Under the pieces are notes generated by a model, which did no database searches, had not been told where the DNA came from, and worked only from the letters and a program-made list of their open reading frames with translations. A stretch of DNA of 64,000 nucleotides from the NCBI GenBank assembly GCA_041660505.1, contig JBAZWG010000001.1, positions 115,979 to 179,978 on the forward strand, given 5' to 3'. Positions 37,814-47,051 of this stretch are shown here, piece by piece. The position numbers and the translations under genes were made by a program. How positions within the stretch are numbered: the first letter of the stretch is position 1; every line of letters starts with the position of its first letter. Origin of the DNA: Minisyncoccota bacterium. Lineage in GTDB: Bacteria; Patescibacteriota; Minisyncoccia; Phycocordibacterales; JACRKE01.

Positions 37814-38062
37814 ATGATACAAGTAGAAGTCAAGAAAAACAGCAACGAAACTAATGCCTCGATTATTCGTCGCTTTACGAAGCGCGTTCAGGAATCCACG
37901 ATTCTGTCGACCGCTCGTTCACATCGCTACAAAGAACGCGATCCGTCATCCTACACAATGAAGAAGAAAGCTCTTAAGCGCATCAATCGCCATGTAGAAG
38001 TGACCCGCCTCAAGAAACTTGGGCTCATGGCGGAGCGTAAGCCGATGCAAGGCCATAAGTAG
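37814..38062 (+). CDS. rpsU: 30S ribosomal protein S21-like
   Basis: VEVKKNSNETNASIIRRFTKRVQES; small basic protein. Confidence 0.65.
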   Translation: MIQVEVKKNSNETNASIIRRFTKRVQESTILSTARSHRYKERDPSSYTMKKKALKRINRHVEVTRLKKLGLMAERKPMQGHK

Positions 38063-38063
38063 A

Positions 38064-38456
38064 ATGACCGAAATAAAAAATCTCGCGACACCAAAGATCC
38101 CTGATATCCCCTTCGATGAGATTAAAAACAGCGCTTTGGGAAAAGAATATTCCTTGAGCGTTGTTTTCGTTCCGCACGGAGAATCCAATAGAATTAATAA
38201 AGAATACAGGAAGAAGAACAAGCCCACGAATATCCTAAGCTTCCCTTACACCTTCGAATCCGGCGAGATAGTGCTTTGCGCCGAGATGATAAAAGATGAG
38301 GCAGAGGAACACAAACTTTCGTACAAAGATTATCTGACTTACTTATATATTCACGGTCTGGTACACCTCGCCGGCTTCGACCATTCATTGCTTATGGAAA
38401 GGCGCGAAATAGAATTGCGCAAGAAATATCTGCCAGCAGATTTCGTCCGACCGTAA
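38064..38456 (+). CDS. ybeY: rRNA maturation RNase YbeY
   Basis: NKEYRKKNKPTNILSFP, IHGLVHLAGFDH. Confidence 0.93.
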   Translation: MTEIKNLATPKIPDIPFDEIKNSALGKEYSLSVVFVPHGESNRINKEYRKKNKPTNILSFPYTFESGEIVLCAEMIKDEAEEHKLSYKDYLTYLYIHGLVHLAGFDHSLLMERREIELRKKYLPADFVRP

Positions 38457-38517
38457 CAGGGCGGTTTTGCACAGGTTTTTCTTTGTTGTTATTGTTTTGA
38501 GTGCTAAAATACGGAAC

Positions 38518-39723
38518 ATGAGACAGAATGTCGTCACCGGAATTGACGTGGGTACTTCCGCCGTTCGCGTGGTGGTCGCCATCGGCGCGCAGGATGATGT
38601 GAACCCGCGCGTTATCGCCGCCGTATCACGAGAATCGCACGGCTTGCGACATGGCTATATTGTAAATATCGAAGAGGCGACAGAGAGTATCAAAGAAGCG
38701 ATAAAAGCCGCGGAACAAGCTGCGAGCGTCAAGATCGGCCGCGCGTTCGTGAGTATCGGTGGGATGAGTCTGACCTCTCTTAACGGCGAGGCGTCTGTTA
38801 ATATCCCCGAAGGCAAAGAGGTGGAGGCGTCGGACGTTGACCGCGCGATGAAATCCGCAGAAGAAAATTTAAAGCGTGCAGAGAATTTCAAGATCATTCA
38901 CGTCGTTCCTCTTTCCTACAAGCTCGATGGTAAAAAAGTCTTGGGTAAACCGAACGGCATGATGGGCAAGACGCTCGAGGTGCGAGCTCTGTTCGTCGTT
39001 TGTCTTGAGCAACATTTCAAGAATATGATGAACGCTGTTTCCGCCGCGGGAATAGACATAGAAGACGTCGTCGCCTCCCCCTTAGCCGCCGGCCTCGTAA
39101 CTCTTACCAAGCTCCAACGCATGGCCGGCTGCGTCCTAGCCAACATCGGCGCCGAGACAGTATCTATCGCAGTGTACGAAAATAATAATCCGGTCTATGT
39201 TCACGCCTTCCCCATCGGCTCGGTTGATATCACGAATGACATCGCGCTCGGCTTCCGCATCCCGATAGAAGATGCCGAAAAGGTTAAGACTCATAGGCAA
39301 GATAATCAATATCCCAAGAAAAAATTGGATGAAATAATTATGGCGCGTTTATCCGATATTTTCGAGCTCATCGAAGCACATTTAAAAAAGATTGGGCGCA
39401 ACGGACTTCTGCCGGCAGGTATCGTCATCACGGGTGGCGGCTCGAGCCTCGAGATGATAGAGGCGCTTGCCAAAAGCTCGCTTAAAATCCCGGCGAAGAT
39501 CGCTACCATCCTCTTTCCCAAAGGTACGGAGACGGCGCGCTCGGTCGCGTCGTCGCCATCGGTACCCAAGTCCCCCTTCCCGGTGCGCGATTCATCTTGG
39601 GCGGTTGCCTATGGGCTCTGTATAATCGGGCTCAAAACCGAGGCGGAAGAAGTGATGAGTTTGAAGACCCTTAAACAAACGAAGAATTTTATTTTAGAGT
39701 GGCTTAAGCAGTTTCTTCCTTAG
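38518..39723 (+). CDS. ftsA: Cell division protein FtsA
   Basis: GIDVGTS, NIGAETV, DITNDIA, LPAGIVITGGGS. Confidence 0.95.
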   Translation: MRQNVVTGIDVGTSAVRVVVAIGAQDDVNPRVIAAVSRESHGLRHGYIVNIEEATESIKEAIKAAEQAASVKIGRAFVSIGGMSLTSLNGEASVNIPEGKEVEASDVDRAMKSAEENLKRAENFKIIHVVPLSYKLDGKKVLGKPNGMMGKTLEVRALFVVCLEQHFKNMMNAVSAAGIDIEDVVASPLAAGLVTLTKLQRMAGCVLANIGAETVSIAVYENNNPVYVHAFPIGSVDITNDIALGFRIPIEDAEKVKTHRQDNQYPKKKLDEIIMARLSDIFELIEAHLKKIGRNGLLPAGIVITGGGSSLEMIEALAKSSLKIPAKIATILFPKGTETARSVASSPSVPKSPFPVRDSSWAVAYGLCIIGLKTEAEEVMSLKTLKQTKNFILEWLKQFLP

Positions 39724-39727
39724 CGCG

Positions 39728-39872
39728 GTCACCAAGGACTCACCTCTTCCCTCCGCCTTTGGCGGATTCCTGGAGGAGAGACCTTGGTGACTGAATAAGA
39801 AAAAACTGGAATGTTTAAGGTCTCTCCTCCAGAGGGAGGTGAGACCTTGTGAGGTCAAACATCCCAGTTTTT
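39728..39872. repeat. Composite REP cluster between ftsA and ftsZ
   Basis: Four AGG-N5-CCT units in two nested inverted pairs plus a TCCGCCTTTGGCGGA hairpin. Confidence 0.75.
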
Positions 39873-39943
39873 TCCTTAAATTTGTCGGTTTGACTTCTCT
39901 AAAAAATCGCGTAGAATGAGGCATTACGAACAAAAATCATCGT

Positions 39944-41107
39944 ATGCCTAAAATAAATCCGGAAATAGAAGCATTCGCCAGAATAAAAGTCATCGGTGTC
40001 GGCGGTTCGGGCGGTAACGCTATCAACCACATGATCAACTGCAAGGTGCGAGGCGTTGAGTTTATCGCCATGAACACCGACGCGCAAGACCTACATCATT
40101 CGCTCGCACCGAAGAAAATTCATATCGGCAAGAACGTCACACGCGGGAACGGCGCCGGCATGGACCCGAGTATCGGCCGGAAAGCGGCAGAAGAAACCTT
40201 AGAAGAAATCCAGGCAGTCATCAAGGGTGCGGACATGGTCTTCATCGCCGGCGGTATGGGCGGTGGCACAGGCACAGGCGCCGCACCAGTAATCGCCAAG
40301 GTTGCCAAGGAGCAAGGTTCGCTCACCGTCGGCGTCGTCACCAAACCGTTCATGTTCGAGGGCGCCCAGCGTGGCAGACTGGCCCAAGAAGGGCTCGATG
40401 AACTTTCGAAAGAAGTTGACGCATTAATTTTAGTGCAAAACGACCGTCTCTCCGGAATCATAGACAAGAACACAACACTCGCCGCCGCCTTCGCGCTCTG
40501 TGACGACGTACTGCGACAAGCTGTTGAAGGTATCTCCGACCTTATCACGACCCAGGGCATCATCAACCTCGACTTCGCCGACATCCGCGCCGTCATGCAG
40601 AACGCCGGCTCGGCCCTCATGGGTATCGGTGCGGCCGTAGGCGAGAATCGCGCGACAGAGGCTGCCCGCATGGCCATCAATTCTCCGCTCCTCGACCTAT
40701 CGATCGAAGGCGCCAAGGGTGTACTCTTCGCTATCGCCGGTGGTGACGACATGACGATGTTCGAGATCCAAGAGGCAGCCAAGGTCATTACCGAGTCTAT
40801 CGACAAAGATGCCAAGGTCATCTTCGGCGCCATCAGAGATGAGAAACTTAAGAAGAACGAGTTGCGCGTTACCGTCATCGCCTCCGGCTTCCCAAGCCAG
40901 AATTACAGCAAAGGCTTGCCGATAGTCGGCCAGCACACAGAATCCAAACCGCGCGAGCAGAAAGAAGAGAAGCAGTCCTTCATGTCACGCATTACAAAGA
41001 CTGCTCCGGCCCCAGAGCCAGAACCCGAGCCGGAGCCGGAGGCAATAGAACCAGAACAAGAAGACTGGTCATCAGTCCCCGCCTTCCTGCGAAGAAACAA
41101 GAAATAA
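39944..41107 (+). CDS. ftsZ: Cell division protein FtsZ
   Basis: GVGGSGGNA, GGGTGTG, INLDFAD, C-terminal VPAFLRR. Confidence 0.98.
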   Translation: MPKINPEIEAFARIKVIGVGGSGGNAINHMINCKVRGVEFIAMNTDAQDLHHSLAPKKIHIGKNVTRGNGAGMDPSIGRKAAEETLEEIQAVIKGADMVFIAGGMGGGTGTGAAPVIAKVAKEQGSLTVGVVTKPFMFEGAQRGRLAQEGLDELSKEVDALILVQNDRLSGIIDKNTTLAAAFALCDDVLRQAVEGISDLITTQGIINLDFADIRAVMQNAGSALMGIGAAVGENRATEAARMAINSPLLDLSIEGAKGVLFAIAGGDDMTMFEIQEAAKVITESIDKDAKVIFGAIRDEKLKKNELRVTVIASGFPSQNYSKGLPIVGQHTESKPREQKEEKQSFMSRITKTAPAPEPEPEPEPEAIEPEQEDWSSVPAFLRRNKK

Positions 41108-41146
41108 CAAAAAACAACCCGCCTCATCGGCGGGTTGTTTTTTGTT
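41108..41146. terminator. Bidirectional intrinsic terminator
   Basis: AAAAAAACAACCCGCC-TCATC-GGCGGGTTGTTTTTT. Confidence 0.85.
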
Positions 41147-41157
41147 CTGCGAAGGGT

Positions 41158-41460
41158 TTAGTTTCGAGGACCGAATGAGCGCGGAGCGCCACCCATACCG
41201 CCTGTTCGAGGCTGCATCGGGCGAGCTTCGTTAACCGTCAAGCGACGGCCTTCTAGCTCCTTGCCATTCCACATCTCGATAGCTTTGTCTGCATCTGCAT
41301 CATTGTCGAACTCGACGAACCCGAAGCCTTTTGAGCGACCGGTCATCTTGTCCATAATGATCGTTGCTGACGATACCGCACCCGCCTGAGCGAAGGCAGC
41401 TTTGAGGCTGTCATCATTCATCGAGTAAGGAATGCCACCGACGTACAATTTCTTTGCCAT
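41158..41460 (-). CDS. RRM RNA-binding protein
   Basis: KLYVGGI (RNP2), KGFGFVEF (RNP1), LTVNEARP. Confidence 0.95.
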   Translation of the reverse strand: MAKKLYVGGIPYSMNDDSLKAAFAQAGAVSSATIIMDKMTGRSKGFGFVEFDNDADADKAIEMWNGKELEGRRLTVNEARPMQPRTGGMGGAPRSFGPRN

Positions 41461-41642
41461 TATGTGAGATTCTTTTTTTCCTCCGACGCCCGTCTTGCGG
41501 GGTACGGAGAGCCGACTGTAACGTCGGCTTTGCTGTAAGGCGACCTGTCTCTTTGGTCCTACTCTTTGTTTTAGCTTCTTTCTTGTGAAAAGGAGCTCAC
41601 ATAAGGGCACGGAAACCTACGAGTTCACTTACTATGCCTACA

Positions 41643-41670
41643 AGTCTAGCATGACCTTGAGCTTTGTCAA
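41643..41670 (-). promoter_or_regulatory. Sigma70-like promoter of the RRM gene
   Basis: TTGACA-N16-TAGACT with extended TG on the minus strand. Confidence 0.5.
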
Positions 41671-41706
41671 ACGAGTATATTTTTGCTATAGTGTGCAGGC
41701 GCAAAA

Positions 41707-41780
41707 GCGCGATTAGCTCATCTGGTTAGAGCGCGACATTGACATTGTCGAGGTAACAGGTTCGACCCCTGTATCGCGCA
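41707..41780 (+). tRNA. tRNA-Val(GAC)
   Basis: Anticodon arm CGACA-TTGACAT-TGTCG. Confidence 0.93.
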
Positions 41781-41784
41781 CAAA

Positions 41785-42387
41785 TTAGCTTTTCCATTCT
41801 GTGAGCTTACCCGCTTCTCGCTCAAGCGCGTCGGCTTTGCGTAAATTTTTCAGCACGATTTCGGGCGCTATCGCATAGTGTTTTATTTCTTCCATAGCTT
41901 CATCAATCCCCCACAAGTTTTCTTCTTCACACTCCCAGCCTTTTTCGAAGCTATTCAAATTAAGCGGGCGCGAATAACTTCGCAATGTCTTGCGCCCGTC
42001 GTCGGTAAAATATTCATGAAAGTATGATAGTGCCAGCTCGCGCAGTGTTCGGTAAACTGGCTCGCGATATCTTAAAACTGCGTGATTAGTCTTGGATAAA
42101 GCCCCCCAATGATCAGAAACTTTAAACGGCGCGATAATATGATTCCAGTCATTACTCGTATCAAGATGCATTAAGAGCGGCTTGTGTCCGTGAAGCGAGA
42201 GTATATACGCGCCGAGCATTGCGCCTTCGAGGCAATGAGCGCTATGCGTGCGCATCACCATTAAAGGCGACTTGGCGGTATCAATACCGTCTGGCTCGAA
42301 ATTAATCGGGATAGTATTTAAGAAGTCTTGCACCTTTGCTGGCGTGTTTAAACTGCGAAATAATTTCTGCCCAGAAGCGCTAAACAT
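41785..42387 (-). CDS. Conserved hypothetical protein, possibly transglutaminase-like
   Basis: AHCLEGA, NHIIAPF, WGALSKTNH..LRYREPVYRTLRELALSY. Confidence 0.7.
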   Translation of the reverse strand: MFSASGQKLFRSLNTPAKVQDFLNTIPINFEPDGIDTAKSPLMVMRTHSAHCLEGAMLGAYILSLHGHKPLLMHLDTSNDWNHIIAPFKVSDHWGALSKTNHAVLRYREPVYRTLRELALSYFHEYFTDDGRKTLRSYSRPLNLNSFEKGWECEEENLWGIDEAMEEIKHYAIAPEIVLKNLRKADALEREAGKLTEWKS

Positions 42388-42515
42388 GAGGCTATTCTAA
42401 CAGAGCTTGACAAAATAAATCAAGCATGATACACTATACAGACATAAGAAGTCTCTAAGAAACGTCGTCGAAGTTCGAAAAGCTACTTACATTAGAAACT
42501 AGAAACAAGTCTTAC

Positions 42516-42716
42516 ATGACAGGAACAATCAAGACCTTAGTACGAGATCGCGGATTCGGCTTCATTGCCGCTGAAGGACTCGCTAAGGACATTTTCTTCC
42601 ACAGCAAATCTCTCGTCGGTGTCGATTTTATGACACTTAACGAAGGCGATGCGGTCTCATTCGACCAGGAAGAGTCCCCGAAGGGCCCGAATGCCGTGAA
42701 CGTGCAGAAGGCATAA
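42516..42716 (+). CDS. Cold-shock domain protein
   Basis: RGFGFI, DIFFH, KGPNAVNV. Confidence 0.95.
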   Translation: MTGTIKTLVRDRGFGFIAAEGLAKDIFFHSKSLVGVDFMTLNEGDAVSFDQEESPKGPNAVNVQKA

Positions 42717-42730
42717 ATCACGCCGTATTC

Positions 42731-42768
42731 CAAAAAAACAGTCCGATTAACTTCGGGCTGTTTTTTTG
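42731..42768. terminator. Intrinsic terminator after the cold-shock gene
   Basis: AAAAAAACAGTCCGA..TCGGGCTGTTTTTTT. Confidence 0.8.
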
Positions 42769-42816
42769 TCGCACAAGGCAGTCTTCTGCGAGCCCAAGAA
42801 GACTGCCTTGTGCGAC
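42768..42816. repeat. 20-bp perfect inverted repeat, 9-nt loop
   Basis: GTCGCACAAGGCAGTCTTCT-N9-AGAAGACTGCCTTGTGCGAC. Confidence 0.85.
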
Positions 42817-42903
42817 TTTACAAAAAGCCGGTTCGCGTATACCATAGACATCTGTACTGCATGAGTCGTGTGGACTTGTGCTTGAAAGGGAAAAGGAGGA
42901 GTC

Positions 42904-43263
42904 TTGCCCACTTCACTCGGAGTCGAGATTGAACTGTTGCCGCCTCATTTGGCGGCGGATGAATTGCTCGTGTTTCTCCAGCACTGGTGGATGGACCGGC
43001 ACGATGAGCCCGGCCCACTTCTGCGTGATGGAGAGATCCGAGCCGAGGGTCGCAAGGCCCTGCGCCAGGTCATCGAGCACGGCGTGCCCGATGACCGCTG
43101 GAAGGTGAAGGATGTGCTCCAGCGCGCAGGGGTCACCGGCTTTTCGCCGGACGGCAACTGGCTCGAGAACGACTGGGTCGTTCTCGAAACCTTCGTCTCG
43201 ACCAACTGGCCCGCCGAGCCGAGCCACGAAGGCCAGCCCGAGTCGGCAAATCTCACCTTCTAG
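42904..43263 (+). CDS. Hypothetical protein
   Basis: TTG start just after AGGAGG; strong GC3 bias in this frame. Confidence 0.55.
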   Translation: MPTSLGVEIELLPPHLAADELLVFLQHWWMDRHDEPGPLLRDGEIRAEGRKALRQVIEHGVPDDRWKVKDVLQRAGVTGFSPDGNWLENDWVVLETFVSTNWPAEPSHEGQPESANLTF

Positions 43264-43546
43264 CCGATTCCTCTCCAGCGCCACACAACTCTCACTAAGC
43301 CGCTCAAGATCCCAGGATCGCGAGCGGCTTCGAACTTTCTGCCAAACCCTTTCCAAATTTTTTTCTAAATAAATCAGCGACCGCTTATTTATTTAGAATT
43401 GTGTTTTTCATTTTTTTAAAATGTGGGAACGTAAAAGGCCGGCGTCTCAAAAAGACAACGCCGGCCCTGGTTACACACGTATTAGTGAATCTGCTGTGAT
43501 CAAACGCTCACGACCGGCGCATTCTTCTTCTTAGCGGGCAAGGGTT

Positions 43547-45013
43547 TTAGTTCTTACCCTTCTCCGACGAGTTGAACCAGCCCGGGAAGTACTGCTGGCG
43601 GAGCTTGTCGATGAGGTTGTCTGCCTTATCCATTCTGTCGTCTCCCATGTTTCGCAGAAAGCTCTTCAAAGCTTTGCGATAACGAGCGACCGAGAACCTC
43701 CAGTCCTTGATTGCTGACTTGAGGCTTTCTTTCTCGACGGCGTTGAGCATGTCAGACATGGATAGGACCACGATGGCCTCTTCCTTGTCGAGGAGGTCTT
43801 CGAGAGACCACCTCGTGAGATCGAGCCGATCCATGTAGGACCAACCCTCGAACCCACCGTACCCGAACAACACCGGGTAGTTCTGACGATACAGCTGATC
43901 ATATCCTTGTCGGATTGATGCTCCGATGAGGACGATGACGGCCTCGCCAGCCGTCATCTTGTTTGCCACGGACTCGACTTTAGAGGCGTCGAGCTTCTTC
44001 TTGAGTCCCGCGAGGAACGGAAACTTCTTCAAGAGCTTGGTCTCCTGCTCTGGCGTGAGTGGCCTCGGTTGGGCCTTCAGCTTCCTCGCCGGAGCCTTCA
44101 ACTTCTCGATGGCTGCGGGTACCCTTGCTGGCGCTTGCAAGGCAAGCATGGCGGCCAGAACATCCTGCTCGCCGTCGATGACGACGTCGTGCTCGGTCCC
44201 AAAATCCTGTCCACGATCCCAACCCTCCGCGAACTGGCAAAGCTGGTAGATGCCAGATCGTGGCCCGCCTCCCATCTGCAGAGCGGCGACCAGTTTCTTG
44301 GCGATCTCCGTGTCCAAAGCCCCATTGACGTCAGGGGCACTGTCGAGGACCTCGTCGAGTATCTTCTCGGCCTCGAGAACCCGCTCGAAGTAGTCGAGAG
44401 GCCCAGTGAGAACATGCCGCTTGAATACCGAAGTGGTAGCAATCTGGGCGCCCATTCGCGCCCATGTATCACTCATGTTGACGAGCCTCGTGGCGCGGTC
44501 AATCCGCTCCTGAAGTGGCGCAGGTGTCCGGAACGGGTCAACTGCCGTCATACCAGAAACTTCCCACTGTACTACGTAGGCCGTGTCTGGTGAAAGGCCA
44601 TCGATAGTGACGCTCCCGTAGCCGTTGTTGTTTGAGGATACAAACATGTTCGTGTAGTCCTGGCCGTTCAAACGGACCGTGACATTAGCGAGCTGTTCGA
44701 TTGCTGGCATTTCCTCCGGCTGAGCGGGGAAAACTACTCGCACCCACCCAACCGCGGAGTGGTCTGACATCACGTTGACTCCGTGTGTGTCGATCATTCC
44801 GGACGACACAGGAACGGCTGTCGTTGTGGGAGTCGGCGGCAGGTCGCGTGACGCTGCCGTGGCCGTGTTGGCCGCGCGGGCCTTCACGACGTCCTTGGCT
44901 GTCGCCGGCGTGGGGTCGAACCCCATGCCATTGACGCCTGCTCCGCACCCGAACGAACCGAAAACGAGTCCTGCGACCAGGAAGGTCGCGATGATGATCC
45001 GAATGGCGTGCAT
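43547..45013 (-). CDS. Hypothetical lipoprotein, possible FN3-like segment
   Basis: AGGAG RBS, lipobox-like SFGC, VTIDGLSPDTAYVVQW. Confidence 0.7.
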   Translation of the reverse strand: MHAIRIIIATFLVAGLVFGSFGCGAGVNGMGFDPTPATAKDVVKARAANTATAASRDLPPTPTTTAVPVSSGMIDTHGVNVMSDHSAVGWVRVVFPAQPEEMPAIEQLANVTVRLNGQDYTNMFVSSNNNGYGSVTIDGLSPDTAYVVQWEVSGMTAVDPFRTPAPLQERIDRATRLVNMSDTWARMGAQIATTSVFKRHVLTGPLDYFERVLEAEKILDEVLDSAPDVNGALDTEIAKKLVAALQMGGGPRSGIYQLCQFAEGWDRGQDFGTEHDVVIDGEQDVLAAMLALQAPARVPAAIEKLKAPARKLKAQPRPLTPEQETKLLKKFPFLAGLKKKLDASKVESVANKMTAGEAVIVLIGASIRQGYDQLYRQNYPVLFGYGGFEGWSYMDRLDLTRWSLEDLLDKEEAIVVLSMSDMLNAVEKESLKSAIKDWRFSVARYRKALKSFLRNMGDDRMDKADNLIDKLRQQYFPGWFNSSEKGKN

Positions 45014-45346
45014 TTGCCACTCTCCTTTCTTTGCCCTGCTGTGTGATACAGACGGGGCGGTAATGGTCCTTTGAGACCGTTGCGCTTAGGCAAAGCAATG
45101 CTTAACCCAAGAATAACGGCCCCAAATAACCTTACTTTGCTTGTTTATTTTGATTCACTAAACGTATGTCAAAGATCGAAATAACCCGTACATAGTAGCA
45201 CACCTATTGACATTCTGTCAAGGAGTTAAATATTATTTAAATAGGCCATTGATTGACATTATGTCAAATATAGTGTAGTATTTAAAGGATTTCTTCGTTG
45301 ACAACGCCCATACCGGGCATCATAGTTTTATCCACGGAGGTGGATT

Positions 45347-46957
45347 ATGGTTCTCTTTATCGTAGCGATGATTCTGGTTTGCGGTCTCGGCAACATCGGC
45401 TGTGACCCTGCGGACTTCCCGCAGGCGCAGTCTGGCATCCAGCCCGCTTCGACCAGCTCGTGCTGGCCGTCGCAGGTTATGACAGCCACGGTGGCCGAGG
45501 TCGTTGCCCACAACAATCCTGCGACGGTCAGCCAGACCATCGCAGGGAGAATCGGGCAGGACTTCGGTGGTATCGTCGTCGACGCGACCGCAGCACGACG
45601 AGACATTGAGGTGTGGTCGTTGGTTCAAGTTATTGAGACGACCAACGGCGCCATGCCGACGATGCTTACAAACCTGCAGATGTTCAAGGGCACAGCGCCG
45701 TTGAACACAGGATCGGCGATTGCGAACCCTAGCACCTCCGCAGTGCTTGTGGTCTTCGACCAGCCGGTCTATGTCCCCCATGGGACGGTCGCGACATTCG
45801 CGACCAAGGCCAACGTTTCGGCGGCGGCACCTGTCGGTGCGAAGTTCTCACTTCGCAATGCCGGTGTTGTCGCATTCGAGGCCGGTGGTGGCCCACTCGT
45901 TCCAGTTGCGATTGACCGAACCACTGCGGGAAATACGGTCACAGTCGTTCGCTCTGGCCTTGCGCTAGGTACCGACACGTCCTCGCCTAGCTACCAACAA
46001 GTGGCTGGCGGGACGGTGAACGTCCTTGCGACGGTCGTGAAGTTCCGGGCAACAAGCGAGAACGTGAGGCTTCAGCGCCTCTATCTCGCTCTGGTTTCCG
46101 GGAGCACGTCCAGTATCGTGCAGGGTACAGTCTGGTTGGGCTCCGCGCAAGTTGGGTCGGTAACGTGGACGGGCGTGAGCACGCGTGCAACTTGCACGCT
46201 TGACTCACCCGTGGACATCCCCGACGGTCAGGATGTGCCGATGATTGTCCGAGTTGACGTGGCACCAATCGGCGTCAACCAACCCGGCCGGTCCGGCGAG
46301 CTCATCAGGCTCACCGTAATCGGCGCCGACGCCATTGGCCTCGAGTCCGGCGAGTCGGTCACAGCAACTGGCTCGGCAGAATCGATGGGCTTTCGCACGT
46401 ACAAGTCCGTGTCCACCATCTCGCTCGACTCGCTCCCCACGCAGGGAGCAACGGACGGGCGGTTGATGCGGTTCAAGGTCGCGGCCAACCCGCTTGGCAG
46501 CATCGGACTTGCGAAATTGAGCTTCCGGGTCAATACGACCGGTTGCTCGACTTCGGGTTTTAGTCTGACAATGTATGGGGATCCTGGTTACGCTATTACG
46601 GTGGGTAGCGGTGTGTTCAAGGCCACCGGTGCAACGCCAACGAGTTCCGGCCTCGTCGAGATTCTCGGCGAGCCAACCATCAATGCCGCCGCCGGAACTC
46701 AAATGTTCTTCGAGCTCCGAGCAAATGTGGCACCGAGTGGAGTGGATTACTCGGTGGTCACGACCTTGCTCGGAGAGACTGCGCCCCTGCCGCCAGCAGG
46801 GATGTCTTCGGCTCCGGAGGTCGACGGCCACGGCGGGCGCTTCATCTGGACGCCGAACAGCCTCTTCCAGTCCGGTCTCGTAGACCTCGACTGGACGAAC
46901 GGGTTCGGGGTACTGGGTCTGCCCTCGAGCGGGCTCGCCCAAGTCCGTACTAACTAA
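45347..46957 (+). CDS. Exported/lipoprotein-like protein with tandem Ig-like beta domains
   Basis: GGAGG RBS, NIGC lipobox-like, beta-rich repeats (VVKFRATSE, LMRFKVAAN), C-terminal DWTNGFGVLGLP. Confidence 0.7.
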   Translation: MVLFIVAMILVCGLGNIGCDPADFPQAQSGIQPASTSSCWPSQVMTATVAEVVAHNNPATVSQTIAGRIGQDFGGIVVDATAARRDIEVWSLVQVIETTNGAMPTMLTNLQMFKGTAPLNTGSAIANPSTSAVLVVFDQPVYVPHGTVATFATKANVSAAAPVGAKFSLRNAGVVAFEAGGGPLVPVAIDRTTAGNTVTVVRSGLALGTDTSSPSYQQVAGGTVNVLATVVKFRATSENVRLQRLYLALVSGSTSSIVQGTVWLGSAQVGSVTWTGVSTRATCTLDSPVDIPDGQDVPMIVRVDVAPIGVNQPGRSGELIRLTVIGADAIGLESGESVTATGSAESMGFRTYKSVSTISLDSLPTQGATDGRLMRFKVAANPLGSIGLAKLSFRVNTTGCSTSGFSLTMYGDPGYAITVGSGVFKATGATPTSSGLVEILGEPTINAAAGTQMFFELRANVAPSGVDYSVVTTLLGETAPLPPAGMSSAPEVDGHGGRFIWTPNSLFQSGLVDLDWTNGFGVLGLPSSGLAQVRTN

Positions 46958-46961
46958 ACTG

Positions 46962-46980
46962 TGCGAGGTTGAACCTCGCA
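46962..46980. repeat. Single AGG-N5-CCT REP
   Basis: TGCGAGG-TTGAA-CCTCGCA. Confidence 0.75.
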
Positions 46981-47002
46981 CAGTTTGATTCAGCTCTTTC
47001 TC

Positions 47003-47045
47003 GCAACCCGGCTTCCATGTGGAAGTCCGGGTTGCTTTGTTTTTA
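47003..47045. terminator. Terminator hairpin
   Basis: GCAACCCGGCTTCC..GGAAGTCCGGGTTGC followed by a T-rich tract. Confidence 0.65.
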
Positions 47046-47051
47046 TACTGC

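Noticed and set aside
41010-41045. Hexamer repeat encoding PEPEPEPE in FtsZ
   Set aside because: Ordinary low-complexity linker before the conserved C-terminal peptide
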